Shown: positions 37,269 to 47,742 of the stretch, piece by piece | Position numbering within the stretch: the first letter of the stretch is position 1 | Layout of the letters: each line of letters starts with the position of its first letter | Virus record (IMG/VR): IMGVR_UViG_3300046542_000248 | Coordinates: 124,001-188,000 of that record | Length of the DNA stretch: 64,000 bases | Strand: one strand, 5' to 3' | Notes under the pieces: generated by a model | What the model saw: only the letters and a program-made list of their open reading frames with translations | What the model was told of the DNA's origin: nothing | Databases searched by the model: none | Position numbers and translations under genes: made by a program

Positions 37269-39431
37269 ATGTCACTCAAAAGACCCTATCGAAAGTCTGA
37301 AGAAGAATACCATATACATTGGGAAACGACTAATACGTCATTCCTTAAAGTAGCATTACTATTAAAGAATGCTGGTGTTGAGAACTATCACTTTATGCTT
37401 AGACTTTATGATGATGATCTAATGCATATTGACCCATATGATCCAGATATTAGTCCTGAGGATATGGGTAAAGTTTTACAGGAAGTTGCAATTAATTTTT
37501 TCTATTTTATACGTGAAGTTGCAAGGATTCCTGAAGAAGGAAGTAGTACTGAGGTTGGTGGTGGTACACCGTTTATGCTTCATCGGGGCAATCTGGCTCA
37601 GATGTGGGCTTTCGAACATAACATATCTCACTTCTTGGAGCTACCGAGACAGTTCGGGAAGACAACAGGGGCTGTACAGAGATATTTATGGCAATTCTCT
37701 TATGGCACCACATCTTCTACTACTATCTTTATGAATATGGATAAAGCGGCATCTGTTGCCAACTTAACTCGTTTGAAAGATAGTCGATCATTATTACCTG
37801 AGTATATGCAAATGGTATTTACTTTAGATGACAAAGGTCAACTGAAGAAAGATACTGATAACGTAAATGAAATCAAGAATAAGAAATTAAAGAATAATAT
37901 CATCACTAAAGCTGGTGCTCGTAACGTTCAGTCTGCCGAGAGGGTTGGTCGGGGTCTTTCTGTTCCTGCACTATGGTTCGATGAGTTTAACTTTATCCTT
38001 CTTAATGAAACAATCCATGCCGCTGCTATCCCAGCATTTTCTAAGGCTTCTGAAAATGCTCAGAAAAATGATAAACCATTTGCCATCTGTATCACTAGTA
38101 CACCTGGTGATCTTGGTACAGCACATGGTGCATATGGATATGATCTTAAAGAAAAAGCAGGTCGTTTCAATGAAAATCTGTATGATCTAGATCCGGACGA
38201 AGTAGAAACATGGTTACGTAAGAACTCAAGTAACGGAATGCTGTACATCTCCTTCTCATTCTATCAATTAGGTAAGACAATGGAATGGTTTGAAGAACAA
38301 TGTAGACGTATGAATCATAACTGGATGAAAATCCGTCGGGAACTTCTTCTACAATGGAATAAAGCTTCTCAAAACTCTCCTTTCCTTCCTGAAGATATTG
38401 ATGAACTTGATACAATGGCAGTTCCATATTTCAAAACTATTAGAATCAATAAATACTATGATGTACTACTCTACAAAGAACTTGATCCTTACAGACGCTA
38501 TATTATAGGTGTGGACGTTTCGAAGGGTGTGGGTCGAGATTCGACAGCAGTTGCTATCGTAGATTCCCAAACCTTAGAAGTATGTGGTCTATTTATTAAT
38601 AATACTATTAGGTCAAAAGAACTCAAACGATTCTTAATGAGTTTAGTTCTCGATCATCTTCCTAACTCAGTACTAGTCATAGAGAGTAATAATATTGGTG
38701 ATGCAATTATTGAGGATTTAAAAGCTTCTCCTCTTAAACATCACTTATACTACGACTTCGTTACTCGTCTTGCTGAAGATAGACGTAAAGATGGTCAAGT
38801 ACAAAAACAACCTAAAACTCGTATGATCTATGGTCATGAAGTAACTTCTGCTACTCGTCCTAAGATGATGGATCTATTACTTCAATTCGTTTCCAAACAC
38901 AAGAAGAAAATTGCTGTTAGGGAATTAGTTGATCAAATCCGTCACTTGGAGTATAAGAATGAAGAAAGAATTGACCATGCTGCTGGACATCATGATGATG
39001 CCGTCTTTGCGTACTTAGCGTGCATATACATCATGTTCTATGGTAAGAATCTTCCGAGATTCGGTCTATATAATGCTTTCAACTTTGAAGGTGGTGAGAT
39101 CGAAGATAGAGATCCACCTGAAGATAAAGTTGCTAAAGTATTTAAGAAAGCCAAGCTTCAACGACTCATTAAATCCAATCCTTATCTTGCTGGACTCTTC
39201 GAAGATCTTATATTCATCGACGATGTTAATAAAGCAATTGATAGAGAGATGTATGATCTTGAAGCTAGTGATGATGATAAAGGAAGTTTATTTACTTCCG
39301 ATGGAATGGCAGGTTCGAAAATCAAGAAGAATGCATTCAGAGAACTAAATGCTAGATCATCCAATCGTATAAACGGTAGTGCTGGTTCTGTATTTGGTCT
39401 AGGTGATAGATACTCTGGAAGCTCTTGGTAA
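37269..39431 (+). CDS. terL: Terminase large subunit
   Basis: Walker A PRQFGKT, GRG, Walker B WFDE, TSTPG, nuclease motifs IGVDVSKGVGRDST, VIESN, HDD. Confidence 0.92.
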   Translation: MSLKRPYRKSEEEYHIHWETTNTSFLKVALLLKNAGVENYHFMLRLYDDDLMHIDPYDPDISPEDMGKVLQEVAINFFYFIREVARIPEEGSSTEVGGGTPFMLHRGNLAQMWAFEHNISHFLELPRQFGKTTGAVQRYLWQFSYGTTSSTTIFMNMDKAASVANLTRLKDSRSLLPEYMQMVFTLDDKGQLKKDTDNVNEIKNKKLKNNIITKAGARNVQSAERVGRGLSVPALWFDEFNFILLNETIHAAAIPAFSKASENAQKNDKPFAICITSTPGDLGTAHGAYGYDLKEKAGRFNENLYDLDPDEVETWLRKNSSNGMLYISFSFYQLGKTMEWFEEQCRRMNHNWMKIRRELLLQWNKASQNSPFLPEDIDELDTMAVPYFKTIRINKYYDVLLYKELDPYRRYIIGVDVSKGVGRDSTAVAIVDSQTLEVCGLFINNTIRSKELKRFLMSLVLDHLPNSVLVIESNNIGDAIIEDLKASPLKHHLYYDFVTRLAEDRRKDGQVQKQPKTRMIYGHEVTSATRPKMMDLLLQFVSKHKKKIAVRELVDQIRHLEYKNEERIDHAAGHHDDAVFAYLACIYIMFYGKNLPRFGLYNAFNFEGGEIEDRDPPEDKVAKVFKKAKLQRLIKSNPYLAGLFEDLIFIDDVNKAIDREMYDLEASDDDKGSLFTSDGMAGSKIKKNAFRELNARSSNRINGSAGSVFGLGDRYSGSSW

Positions 39432-39556
39432 TAAGATTTAAAAAAGCTCAGGGAAATCCATCCCTGGGCTTTCTTGTTTTTATATAAAAATATTATACCT
39501 AAACCATACTATTAGAAGATATTGACAAAATTTGTAAGTAGAAGGAGCGTTTTTAG

Positions 39557-40330
39557 ATGAGTTATCTAGAATACGATGATGGGCCGCAAAACGATACAAA
39601 TGTGCGGACGATTATAGAGTTCATTGATAATGAATTCTATACAGAGGCAATTAAGGAGCAAATCTTTGAAAGCCTTGATTGTAACACTGTGGATTATATT
39701 GATCAAATCCGAATGAAAATTGAAGAAGTTCAAGAGAAGTATGATGAAGCTGATTATCAGTCCATTATCATATTCGAAGAGCAGCTCTACCGAGATACTA
39801 TCGGTTGGATTGAAGATCGTTATAGCGTTGAAATTGATTATGATGACGACTGCTTGAAATCAGTAGCTTATCAAATGTACAAATTCTTCGTTATCGAACT
39901 TAAAACTATTACTACGTCTTTCCTGCTAAATTATATTATTGAAAATTATGATGAATTACTTCCTGGAATTCCTGAAGATAATCTTAATACTCAAGTAACA
40001 GAAAAACTTGATGGTGAAGAAGATAAGAACAAATACATTGCTGTGAGTAATGTAGATGAACTTATCAAACAGGTAAGTTACTTGGATTTTGACTTTGAAA
40101 CTTTCATCCGATATGCTGCAAGAGCAGGAGACATCGAATCCTTCGAAGAGAGAGATGAAGAAGGTACTCCTGAAATTTCTTGGAAGTTTATCGAAGAAGC
40201 ATCACTCGTACAAACCATTCTTTATCAGATTGTAAATGGTGAGTATGATCGCTCGATCATTCTTGCTATTACAGATAACCTTATCAATGTATTCAATATC
40301 AAAATCAAATTGGACGAGGAGAATGATTAA
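39557..40330 (+). CDS. Hypothetical acidic protein
   Basis: AAGGAG RBS. Confidence 0.7.
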   Translation: MSYLEYDDGPQNDTNVRTIIEFIDNEFYTEAIKEQIFESLDCNTVDYIDQIRMKIEEVQEKYDEADYQSIIIFEEQLYRDTIGWIEDRYSVEIDYDDDCLKSVAYQMYKFFVIELKTITTSFLLNYIIENYDELLPGIPEDNLNTQVTEKLDGEEDKNKYIAVSNVDELIKQVSYLDFDFETFIRYAARAGDIESFEERDEEGTPEISWKFIEEASLVQTILYQIVNGEYDRSIILAITDNLINVFNIKIKLDEEND

Positions 40331-40331
40331 A

Positions 40332-41816
40332 ATGGAAAGAGAAAAACTTGAGCTTGTAGGTAAAGAAATTATGGGAGAAATTGGAGTTCCAGTAACTTCA
40401 AAGCCCATCTCCGATACAGAAACAGCACCTTTCAATGTACTGGCAAATAATTTACCGGCAAACCAAGAAGCAACTCCTGTTAAAGGATTTGATGGTGAAG
40501 GTGAACTCTTCGAAGGTAAAACTCGTGAAGATATTCTTGAAGAACTTGGTAAAACTGGTGTTGGTATCGAAACCGCTACTGGTGTAGTAATGACTGATGC
40601 TATCACTGGTGAAAAACTTGTTGGTAATGCAGGCGATCTAGTTGATATTAACTCACTGCAAGATATTCAACCTGAAAACATCAAGCGTCATCTTGCTGGT
40701 ATCATTAAGCAGAACTTGACTACTTTGATTCCTGAAGATCTTACTGAAGAAGATTCAACTGCAATCATTGCAGATATCGAAGCAAAGATCATTAACCTTG
40801 ATCGTAGACAGATTAAGGAAATGAGTCCGATTGAAATCAAAAACATCTACGGTAATGATGTATATGATCAAATCAAAAAGTTCAATCCGAATAACCATGC
40901 TCAACTGGCAAAGAAACTTCTTGTTGACTTCCGTGACGGTATCGTAGAATACGAAGGCGTTGTGGATTCAATGGAAGAAATCAACCGCCACATGAAATTC
41001 TTCCAAGATATTGATGTGGATGGAGTTCAAGCGGGTATCAAGGAGCAGTTGGAAACTGATACTGCAACTTACCCTACTGAATTCCACAAGTATCGCAAAT
41101 ACTTGGAATTATACCTTGAATATCTTGATGGTCGCACTGATTACACAGATAACCGTTTCATGGAAGAAGAGAAACGTGTTACTAATGATAAAATCTCTGC
41201 GATGACTGATGCTCTTACCTTTAAACAAATCTTCGAGAAATGTGAAAACGGTAAGCAAAAGCTGCTGAAAGATTTCCGTGATTCGGTTCTACTGAATAAA
41301 ACAATCTTTGACTTCGTTGGGAAATTAAACAATGATAGCACTATCAATGTTTCCTTCCCTATGCCAAAGAACTTCAGTCAGAAAACAAATGTACCGCAAA
41401 TCCTTACATCGGTATGGGTTAGCTTCCTTGAAATGTCTATGATCCGTGGACAATTCCCAGTAGTTAAAGCCCTTACTTCTAATGAATATACTGAAATGAC
41501 GCAAATTCTTAGAGGTGAACTGAAAGTTCAATCCACTAAAGAAGATGAAATTGTTATGGTTGATAAAATCGACATTAAACAATTCATTGCTGATAACGGT
41601 ATTAAAGTTGATCACATTGTAGAAGCTCGTAAAGCTGCTATTGCAGTGTGCTACATTATTGCCCGTACTTTCAAATCAACTACTCTAAACAATAGTCAGT
41701 ACAATAAGTACGTACTATCTTATACAATGAATGTGCTTACACAAAGCATGTATAACGATGGTTGCAACGCATTATTGATTGAGCTAGTTGAAGGTGTTAA
41801 AACTCGTATTATGTAA
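40332..41816 (+). CDS. Hypothetical protein
   Basis: GAGGAG RBS before ATG 40332; GAAA-loop terminator at 41832-41870. Confidence 0.75.
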   Translation: MEREKLELVGKEIMGEIGVPVTSKPISDTETAPFNVLANNLPANQEATPVKGFDGEGELFEGKTREDILEELGKTGVGIETATGVVMTDAITGEKLVGNAGDLVDINSLQDIQPENIKRHLAGIIKQNLTTLIPEDLTEEDSTAIIADIEAKIINLDRRQIKEMSPIEIKNIYGNDVYDQIKKFNPNNHAQLAKKLLVDFRDGIVEYEGVVDSMEEINRHMKFFQDIDVDGVQAGIKEQLETDTATYPTEFHKYRKYLELYLEYLDGRTDYTDNRFMEEEKRVTNDKISAMTDALTFKQIFEKCENGKQKLLKDFRDSVLLNKTIFDFVGKLNNDSTINVSFPMPKNFSQKTNVPQILTSVWVSFLEMSMIRGQFPVVKALTSNEYTEMTQILRGELKVQSTKEDEIVMVDKIDIKQFIADNGIKVDHIVEARKAAIAVCYIIARTFKSTTLNNSQYNKYVLSYTMNVLTQSMYNDGCNALLIELVEGVKTRIM

Positions 41817-41877
41817 TAAACAAACAAAAAGTCGCAACCGGAGAAATCTGGTTGCGATTTCTTTATTTTATTTTTTA

Positions 41878-41889
41878 AACATTTCATTA
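41878..41889 (+). promoter_or_regulatory. Late-type promoter
   Basis: AACA TTTCAT TA. Confidence 0.65.
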
Positions 41890-41914
41890 GTAGCTGGAGA
41901 AAGGAGGGACTATT

Positions 41915-42670
41915 TTGTCTATTTTAGATAGAACGTATTTTAAAAAGGTTGATACTACTATATTCTTGGAAACTTACAAGTGTGAAATTTATGTACCTGA
42001 TAGCTATTTCGAGAGTCGGCTTGCTGTTCAAGATGGAGAAATGTATAATCTATTCTTTATTTTGAAGTATAAATTATATCATAGTGAGAAGGATAGTGAG
42101 TCTAAGAATTTTGGTGAATTCTTATTCCCATCTATGGCAACCACTAAACCTGATGATGTTCGTACCGCAGAGCTTGATATCTACGGAGAACTTGAGAAGT
42201 TTCGGATATTTACCTACTATAAAGGATCACCTATTCTGAATAATAGTATGATTGTACAAACTTCAGTAATGGTGGAACGATTTGTTAGTCTAAGAAATGA
42301 TGGCAAAATTAGAGCACCTTATTGGAAAGTACCTGATATTGAGAATAAGATTCAAAAGGTGCACAGTACAAAAGTAAATGTACCACAGTATATTGAGCAA
42401 TTATCAATCTCTGAGGTATATCGGGATAAGAATGATTATTCCAAACCTGCTAGGTTAATTATGACTACTAAGGATAGGGATAATGCCAAAGTAAAAGCTC
42501 TTAACATGAGGGAGAACTCTGCGTTTACATCAACTTTAGCAGGTGTCAGTTTCGAGGATGTTAAGTCCATGTTAACTGTAGCTGATAATAGAGATGATAA
42601 ACAATCGACAACACTTAGCCCAATTGAAAGAGTAATCAAAGGTGTGAAGGAAACTTCAACACTTAGATAG
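41915..42670 (+). CDS. RNA polymerase beta' extreme C-terminal fragment, probable virion RNAP subunit
   Basis: VNVPQYIEQLSISEVYR and STLAGVSFEDVKSML...LSPIERVIKG resemble beta' INDKHIEVIVRQM and region H SAASFQET..VL...L.G..ENVI.G. Confidence 0.6.
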   Translation: MSILDRTYFKKVDTTIFLETYKCEIYVPDSYFESRLAVQDGEMYNLFFILKYKLYHSEKDSESKNFGEFLFPSMATTKPDDVRTAELDIYGELEKFRIFTYYKGSPILNNSMIVQTSVMVERFVSLRNDGKIRAPYWKVPDIENKIQKVHSTKVNVPQYIEQLSISEVYRDKNDYSKPARLIMTTKDRDNAKVKALNMRENSAFTSTLAGVSFEDVKSMLTVADNRDDKQSTTLSPIERVIKGVKETSTLR

Positions 42671-42674
42671 TGCC

Positions 42675-42686
42675 AACAATCAATTA
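42675..42686 (+). promoter_or_regulatory. Late-type promoter
   Basis: AACA ATCAAT TA. Confidence 0.7.
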
Positions 42687-42720
42687 AATATTAATTACTT
42701 TCTAAGGAGGTTTTTTGGAG

Positions 42721-44505
42721 ATGTTTGATAAAATCGTAATTGTGGATCAATCCACTGTAACCACAACGACTCCAGCAGCACTATCACCTGATAGACCTCG
42801 GGCATACATTCCTATCTTTTCACCAAAAGGATATGGAAAAGACACTGAGGTAAAATTGTTCCAAGCTAACAGTCAAGGTTCGCTTATTGACTATTATGGA
42901 ACGCCGAACATGCTTACAACTCTTGCGCCTCTTTATTATGCGCATGAATTCCTTCGTGGTGGTGGCGATGTTTACATTCGTCGTATTACTTCCACAACTG
43001 CTGCTTTTGCCCATGCGGTATTGGTAGCTAAATTCCGTGCACCTATTGAGGGTGTAAACCTTGGTAAAGTTGAGATCGTATTCGAAGTTCGCACACTTCA
43101 AGATGCAACAGACCTTGAAGATATGGTGAGTGACGCTGAAGCTTTGCTTACAACTACAGCTGATGCTGATGGATATAAAGTTTATCCTATTGCTATCACT
43201 GGGTTGAACTGGGCAGGTAGCGAAGGTAACAAGTATACTTTCCGCTTACTTCCTAACACTTCTCTTGACAAACAAATCGACCAAAAAGCATACAACTTGG
43301 AATCCCGTGCTTCGTCTTCAGGTTCTGCTAAGACGATTGGATTCACTGCTGATGCTGATGCGGTTATCGACGGTCAAAGTATTTATGCTAATGATATCTT
43401 TGAAGAGCAGTCTCAAAATGTATTCTTCAAAGTTCTTAGCACATACAATACTTTCTTGACTGCTTTAGCAACTTTCCTTCCTGCTGGTGAAAGCACTAAA
43501 CCGGATATTTTCTTCGGTAAAGATAAAACCGGCATTCCGTATTCTAAGTATATCATCTTGGATACTTCTGTAGATTTTACTGCTTCTGGCGGTATTACTC
43601 TAGCTGGTGGTAGCGATGGTAACTTTGCTGCAAATGTTTCTACTCGTGAAGATAACATGATGGATCAATACGTTGCATCCTTCGGTGAAATTACGAGCCA
43701 AATGCTGGAGAACGAATACAAGTATTTTATCGACTATGTATATGACTTCGGTGCTCCACAAACTGTTAAAGACGCTATCGTAGCATTTGCTCTACGTCGT
43801 AAGACTACAAAAGCAATTGTTGATACTGGTCGTGCTAACAAAACTGCAACATCGGTTCTTGCGGCACGGACTACTGGCGGTATCACTTACAGCAATGAGA
43901 AAGTTGTTGTATCTGGTGGTATCGGTACTTACCGTGATCCATTTACCAATAAGAAAGTAGTTATGCCTTTGTCATTCTTCGAGGCTTATGCTACTCCAAA
44001 CCATATCACTACATTTGAAGGTGGAGCACGTCCATTCGCTGGTGCGTCTTACACTTACAGTAACATCATTGCTGGCACGTATCTACCTGTCATCTATGAT
44101 GAAAATAGTGATGCTGCAAAATCTTTACTTGATCACCAAATCAACTTCGCTATGGAAGATTCGACTGGTTATCAAGCATTCCATCAAGGTACATCCTTGA
44201 AATCCAAATCACTTGGTCTTGGTGAGCGTAACAACGTACACCTTCTCCACTTGATGATGCGTTCTTGCTTGCTCGAAGCGAAAGCTGAGCGTTGGAACTT
44301 CGCTGAAGATTCCGATATCGAACGTTATGGTGCCCGTATTCAACAACGTTTGGAAATTCAAATGGCTGGTAAAGTCGGAGAATTGAAAATCCAAACAGCT
44401 CGTGCCGGAGCTTTCGGTGAAGATCGTAACCGTGTTAACGTATTCTTGACTGTTCGCTTCAAGAACATCAACAAAGGAACTACGTTCACATTCACAGTTA
44501 TTTAG
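42721..44505 (+). CDS. Contractile tail sheath protein
   Basis: ~595 aa, AAGGAGG RBS, YYGTP, LAGGSDG, sheath-like C-terminal domain, precedes the tube gene. Confidence 0.8.
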   Translation: MFDKIVIVDQSTVTTTTPAALSPDRPRAYIPIFSPKGYGKDTEVKLFQANSQGSLIDYYGTPNMLTTLAPLYYAHEFLRGGGDVYIRRITSTTAAFAHAVLVAKFRAPIEGVNLGKVEIVFEVRTLQDATDLEDMVSDAEALLTTTADADGYKVYPIAITGLNWAGSEGNKYTFRLLPNTSLDKQIDQKAYNLESRASSSGSAKTIGFTADADAVIDGQSIYANDIFEEQSQNVFFKVLSTYNTFLTALATFLPAGESTKPDIFFGKDKTGIPYSKYIILDTSVDFTASGGITLAGGSDGNFAANVSTREDNMMDQYVASFGEITSQMLENEYKYFIDYVYDFGAPQTVKDAIVAFALRRKTTKAIVDTGRANKTATSVLAARTTGGITYSNEKVVVSGGIGTYRDPFTNKKVVMPLSFFEAYATPNHITTFEGGARPFAGASYTYSNIIAGTYLPVIYDENSDAAKSLLDHQINFAMEDSTGYQAFHQGTSLKSKSLGLGERNNVHLLHLMMRSCLLEAKAERWNFAEDSDIERYGARIQQRLEIQMAGKVGELKIQTARAGAFGEDRNRVNVFLTVRFKNINKGTTFTFTVI

Positions 44506-44535
44506 TAGTAAAATAAATGAAGGAGGTAAGTACTC

Positions 44536-45345
44536 ATGGCAGATAATATCCAAAATTCATCGCTATGGTTGGGCGTTCCCAACCTTAGCAAGGACCAATT
44601 GAAGAACTTTGACCCAGCTTATACTGGCTACGTTCATATTTTCGTAGTTCGTGTACCTGAGGTTTTGGTGAAGCATGATACAGTATTTGGTACTAACCAC
44701 GGAAAGAACTTCAAAGCTATCTTTGAACGTACTTCCACAAGCTTCAGCGGTATTCCTGAATTGACAGTTAACTACGTTGACCAAGTTCACGGATTTGCCG
44801 ATCGTAAAGTTCCACATGCAACGACAATCGAAAGTAATTTCGATACATTCACAGTACGTTGCTTGGAATTCAAAAAGCTCCCAGTATATAACATGCTGCA
44901 AGAGTGGATGTACTTGGTTGGTGGCGATGAGTCGTCTAAAATCAAGGATTACAAAGGTATGGCGGCTGATATCGCAGGTGGTTATTCCCTTGAGAATCAT
45001 ACGGCTGCTTTCTTGGTATGTAACTCGAACCCTGAGTTGACTGAAATCCAAGGTCGCGCGCACTATATCACGGCAGCAATGCCTACTACTCTTCCACGCG
45101 AAATCTTCCATCAAAATGCTGGTGAAATCGGCATCGTTGAAGGACATGATATCGCAATGAAGGGCGTTCTTAAATGGGGTTCGGAGATCAATACTAAAGC
45201 TCTTGAATACCTGACTGAACGTAAGACTGTTATCAACTATTATGCGGCTTCGGCTGTTCGTGGTGGTAAACCTACTACGAATCCATTCCACCCAGGTGGA
45301 ACGTTGAATGGTGAAACAATTGCAGCTCAAACGTCCATGATGTAA
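44536..45345 (+). CDS. Tail tube protein
   Basis: Follows the sheath gene; strong RBS and codon bias; beta-rich, FDPAYTGY. Confidence 0.7.
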   Translation: MADNIQNSSLWLGVPNLSKDQLKNFDPAYTGYVHIFVVRVPEVLVKHDTVFGTNHGKNFKAIFERTSTSFSGIPELTVNYVDQVHGFADRKVPHATTIESNFDTFTVRCLEFKKLPVYNMLQEWMYLVGGDESSKIKDYKGMAADIAGGYSLENHTAAFLVCNSNPELTEIQGRAHYITAAMPTTLPREIFHQNAGEIGIVEGHDIAMKGVLKWGSEINTKALEYLTERKTVINYYAASAVRGGKPTTNPFHPGGTLNGETIAAQTSMM

Positions 45346-45351
45346 CAAAAA

Positions 45352-45392
45352 TATTCCCATACTCCATTAAGTTGGAGTATGGGAAGTTTTGT
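45352..45392. terminator. Bidirectional terminator
   Basis: TTCCCATACTCCA...TGGAGTATGGGAA between the convergent tube and portal genes. Confidence 0.8.
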
Positions 45393-45397
45393 TTGTT

Positions 45398-47740
45398 TTA
45401 AACGATTGAATCATCGGTACTAGTGGTAGTAGTATCACCAGTTGCTGCTGTAGATGCAGTTGTAATAGCAGTTTGCAGACCTTCTTTAATCTTAAACTCT
45501 CTACTTCTCTTGAGCATCTCATCAATACCAGCCCAATCGTAAGTAAGATTATCACGGATGAATTCTCTTTTAAAGATTTTCTTCAAGAGTTCATCATCTT
45601 CCATGATCTGAGTATCAGCAAATGTTTCAGCAAGATCCTTAATAGTATTCATAAGTTCATTAGTAATTTGCATTGCCATACTTCTTGATGGGATAAGAGA
45701 TGCATGAATAGATTCAATCTCATCCTTAGTAAGATCAAGTTCATATGTCATGATATGACGCATAAGTTTAGTAAGAGGAGTATTAAGCTCTGCTTGAGCA
45801 TGAGCACTAGAAGATGCTACATCGAGATTTGCCATAGATAGAGTCTTAGCAAATTCAACTTCTTCTGATACGTCAACTACTACCGATGGTACGTTAAATG
45901 ACATGATAATAGATTTCATAATCCATTGTAGCATTGGTTCATCCATATCTACTTGCTGACCAGAGATAACCTCTGGTTTGATAGGAACTTCACCATCTTG
46001 AGATTGAGGTAAGAATAGATCAACTGTGGAACCAATTGAACCAATGATACCTGTAATAGTGCCAACGTCTGACCATCTGATTTGAGACTGCTGAACAGCT
46101 TCGATAGCTTCCATTACAGAATCCTCAATATCATTAGATAGACCATTACTAATAGTCCATACAGTTCTATCAGAACCTTTACGAACTTTAGTAAGAATAT
46201 TACTCAGAATAAGAAGCATGTAAAGTTTCAAGAAGAAGAGAGCATTCTTCATAATAGATCCTTGTTGACGACGGAACTCAATCACATCGTCAGGATGAAG
46301 AATGATAATATCTCGTGCTTCTCTGTGAATTTGACGATCACGGAGGAATTCATATAGAACATCCATTCCGTCAAAGTTTGCTTCTAAGAATTTTGGAGAA
46401 ATGTTTGAGAGTACAGAGTTACCAATACTTCTGATAATTTGATTCTCAACCATTTTAAGATTTTGATCACTATAATCAGTGGAGGAATTCTTGTAGAATG
46501 AGAAATTCGATTGGAAATTGCTACGAAGATTCATTCTAAGAGCTTCGTCACGACGTTCCTCGATATAGATATAAGCAACAATCGTATCTTTGATTCTTAG
46601 AGGATATACTCTCGCAGGATCAAGACGTTCAATCTTACACCCAAGGATTTGTAACTTATCATACTCATCCTTCTTAGATGTATTAAGCAATCCTTCAGCA
46701 GCGGCATCATCATTAGGAGTTTTAATCTTAGTGATTTTTTCAAACTGCTCATCGTATGATGATTCAATTAAGAATTCATCCTTAGTATTGATAACTGCTT
46801 CAACTAAAGCAGAATCATAACCAATACGTTTATTAGATTTGTATACTTTGATACTGCTCAAGTATTTATTGACTGATTCATTCAAACCAGTCATGGAAGC
46901 TTTCTGTTTCTCAGTATCCATGGCTTTGAATTTTTCCTGCAATTTGTCTTCGAAAGCATCCATAACAGAAGACTCAGTTAGAATCTTAGGATGTTTACTC
47001 TTATCATTATCAAGAGTGATCAACGATGATTCACGAACCAGAGAAGCTCTACCGTTAGTACTTAGCTTATCTTGTTTGATCGCTTCAACGATTGCTCTAT
47101 ATGGTACTACAGTAATATATTCATTACCAATAACCAAATAGTTCTCCACAATCGTTTTAACTTTCAAGTTAAGCTCATATTTCTCCTTAACTTTTTTAGC
47201 AAGAGATTTCTTTGCCTCATCTTCAATATTGTATTCAAGAGAGAAGATTTCAGCAGTGATTGCTTCTGGAGTTACGATACTATTTAGAAGCAAATCAATA
47301 ACACGAGAAACTTGAGGAATAGCTCTACGGAAGATTTCATAATCTTGTAGAGTTTCATACAGTTTGTCATTCATAAGGATTTGATTCTTTAACTCTACGA
47401 ACAATCCTTTATTATTAGAGATGGCATCAAAGATACTATCGGGTTGATTACCGTTAGCACCTTTTTTACCTTGTGCATTTTGAATCTTATTCTTTCCAGT
47501 TAAACCAAAACCATTAATTCTGGAATTATTGTAGATACTTCCTTGAACTGTAGAGTTAAGAGAGGTTTCATCCTTCTTAGACAACTCATCCAGTTTATTA
47601 AGCATTCGCTCAGTATCAAACGAATCCTTGCTCACACCATAAGTTGAAAAGTTGGTGGATCTTGCTAACTTATTAAGGTTATCAAGAACTCCACCTAGAC
47701 TCTTCGATAGACTAGTATCGGGTTTCTTCTTGTCAGCCAA
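45398..47740 (-). CDS. Portal protein
   Basis: 780 aa; YLVIGNEY, ERLDPARVYP, DLFLPQ..DG..PI..EVISGQ, FNVPS (T4 gp20/phiKZ-like portal pattern). Confidence 0.75.
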   Translation of the reverse strand: MADKKKPDTSLSKSLGGVLDNLNKLARSTNFSTYGVSKDSFDTERMLNKLDELSKKDETSLNSTVQGSIYNNSRINGFGLTGKNKIQNAQGKKGANGNQPDSIFDAISNNKGLFVELKNQILMNDKLYETLQDYEIFRRAIPQVSRVIDLLLNSIVTPEAITAEIFSLEYNIEDEAKKSLAKKVKEKYELNLKVKTIVENYLVIGNEYITVVPYRAIVEAIKQDKLSTNGRASLVRESSLITLDNDKSKHPKILTESSVMDAFEDKLQEKFKAMDTEKQKASMTGLNESVNKYLSSIKVYKSNKRIGYDSALVEAVINTKDEFLIESSYDEQFEKITKIKTPNDDAAAEGLLNTSKKDEYDKLQILGCKIERLDPARVYPLRIKDTIVAYIYIEERRDEALRMNLRSNFQSNFSFYKNSSTDYSDQNLKMVENQIIRSIGNSVLSNISPKFLEANFDGMDVLYEFLRDRQIHREARDIIILHPDDVIEFRRQQGSIMKNALFFLKLYMLLILSNILTKVRKGSDRTVWTISNGLSNDIEDSVMEAIEAVQQSQIRWSDVGTITGIIGSIGSTVDLFLPQSQDGEVPIKPEVISGQQVDMDEPMLQWIMKSIIMSFNVPSVVVDVSEEVEFAKTLSMANLDVASSSAHAQAELNTPLTKLMRHIMTYELDLTKDEIESIHASLIPSRSMAMQITNELMNTIKDLAETFADTQIMEDDELLKKIFKREFIRDNLTYDWAGIDEMLKRSREFKIKEGLQTAITTASTAATGDTTTTSTDDSIV

Positions 47741-47742
47741 TG

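Noticed and set aside
40332-41816. Possible chimallin (nuclear shell protein)
   Set aside because: Only the size is loosely compatible; there are no recognisable motifs or supporting context. It needs an HMM or structure search.
3763-41860. Recurrent GAGAAATC in several hairpins (3775, 9387, 16935, 41841)
   Set aside because: Explained as ordinary GA-GAAA-TC GNRA-tetraloop terminators, not a separate repeat family.
44563-45360. 265-aa antisense ORF over the tail tube gene
   Set aside because: Same codon-bias shadow effect; no expression signals.
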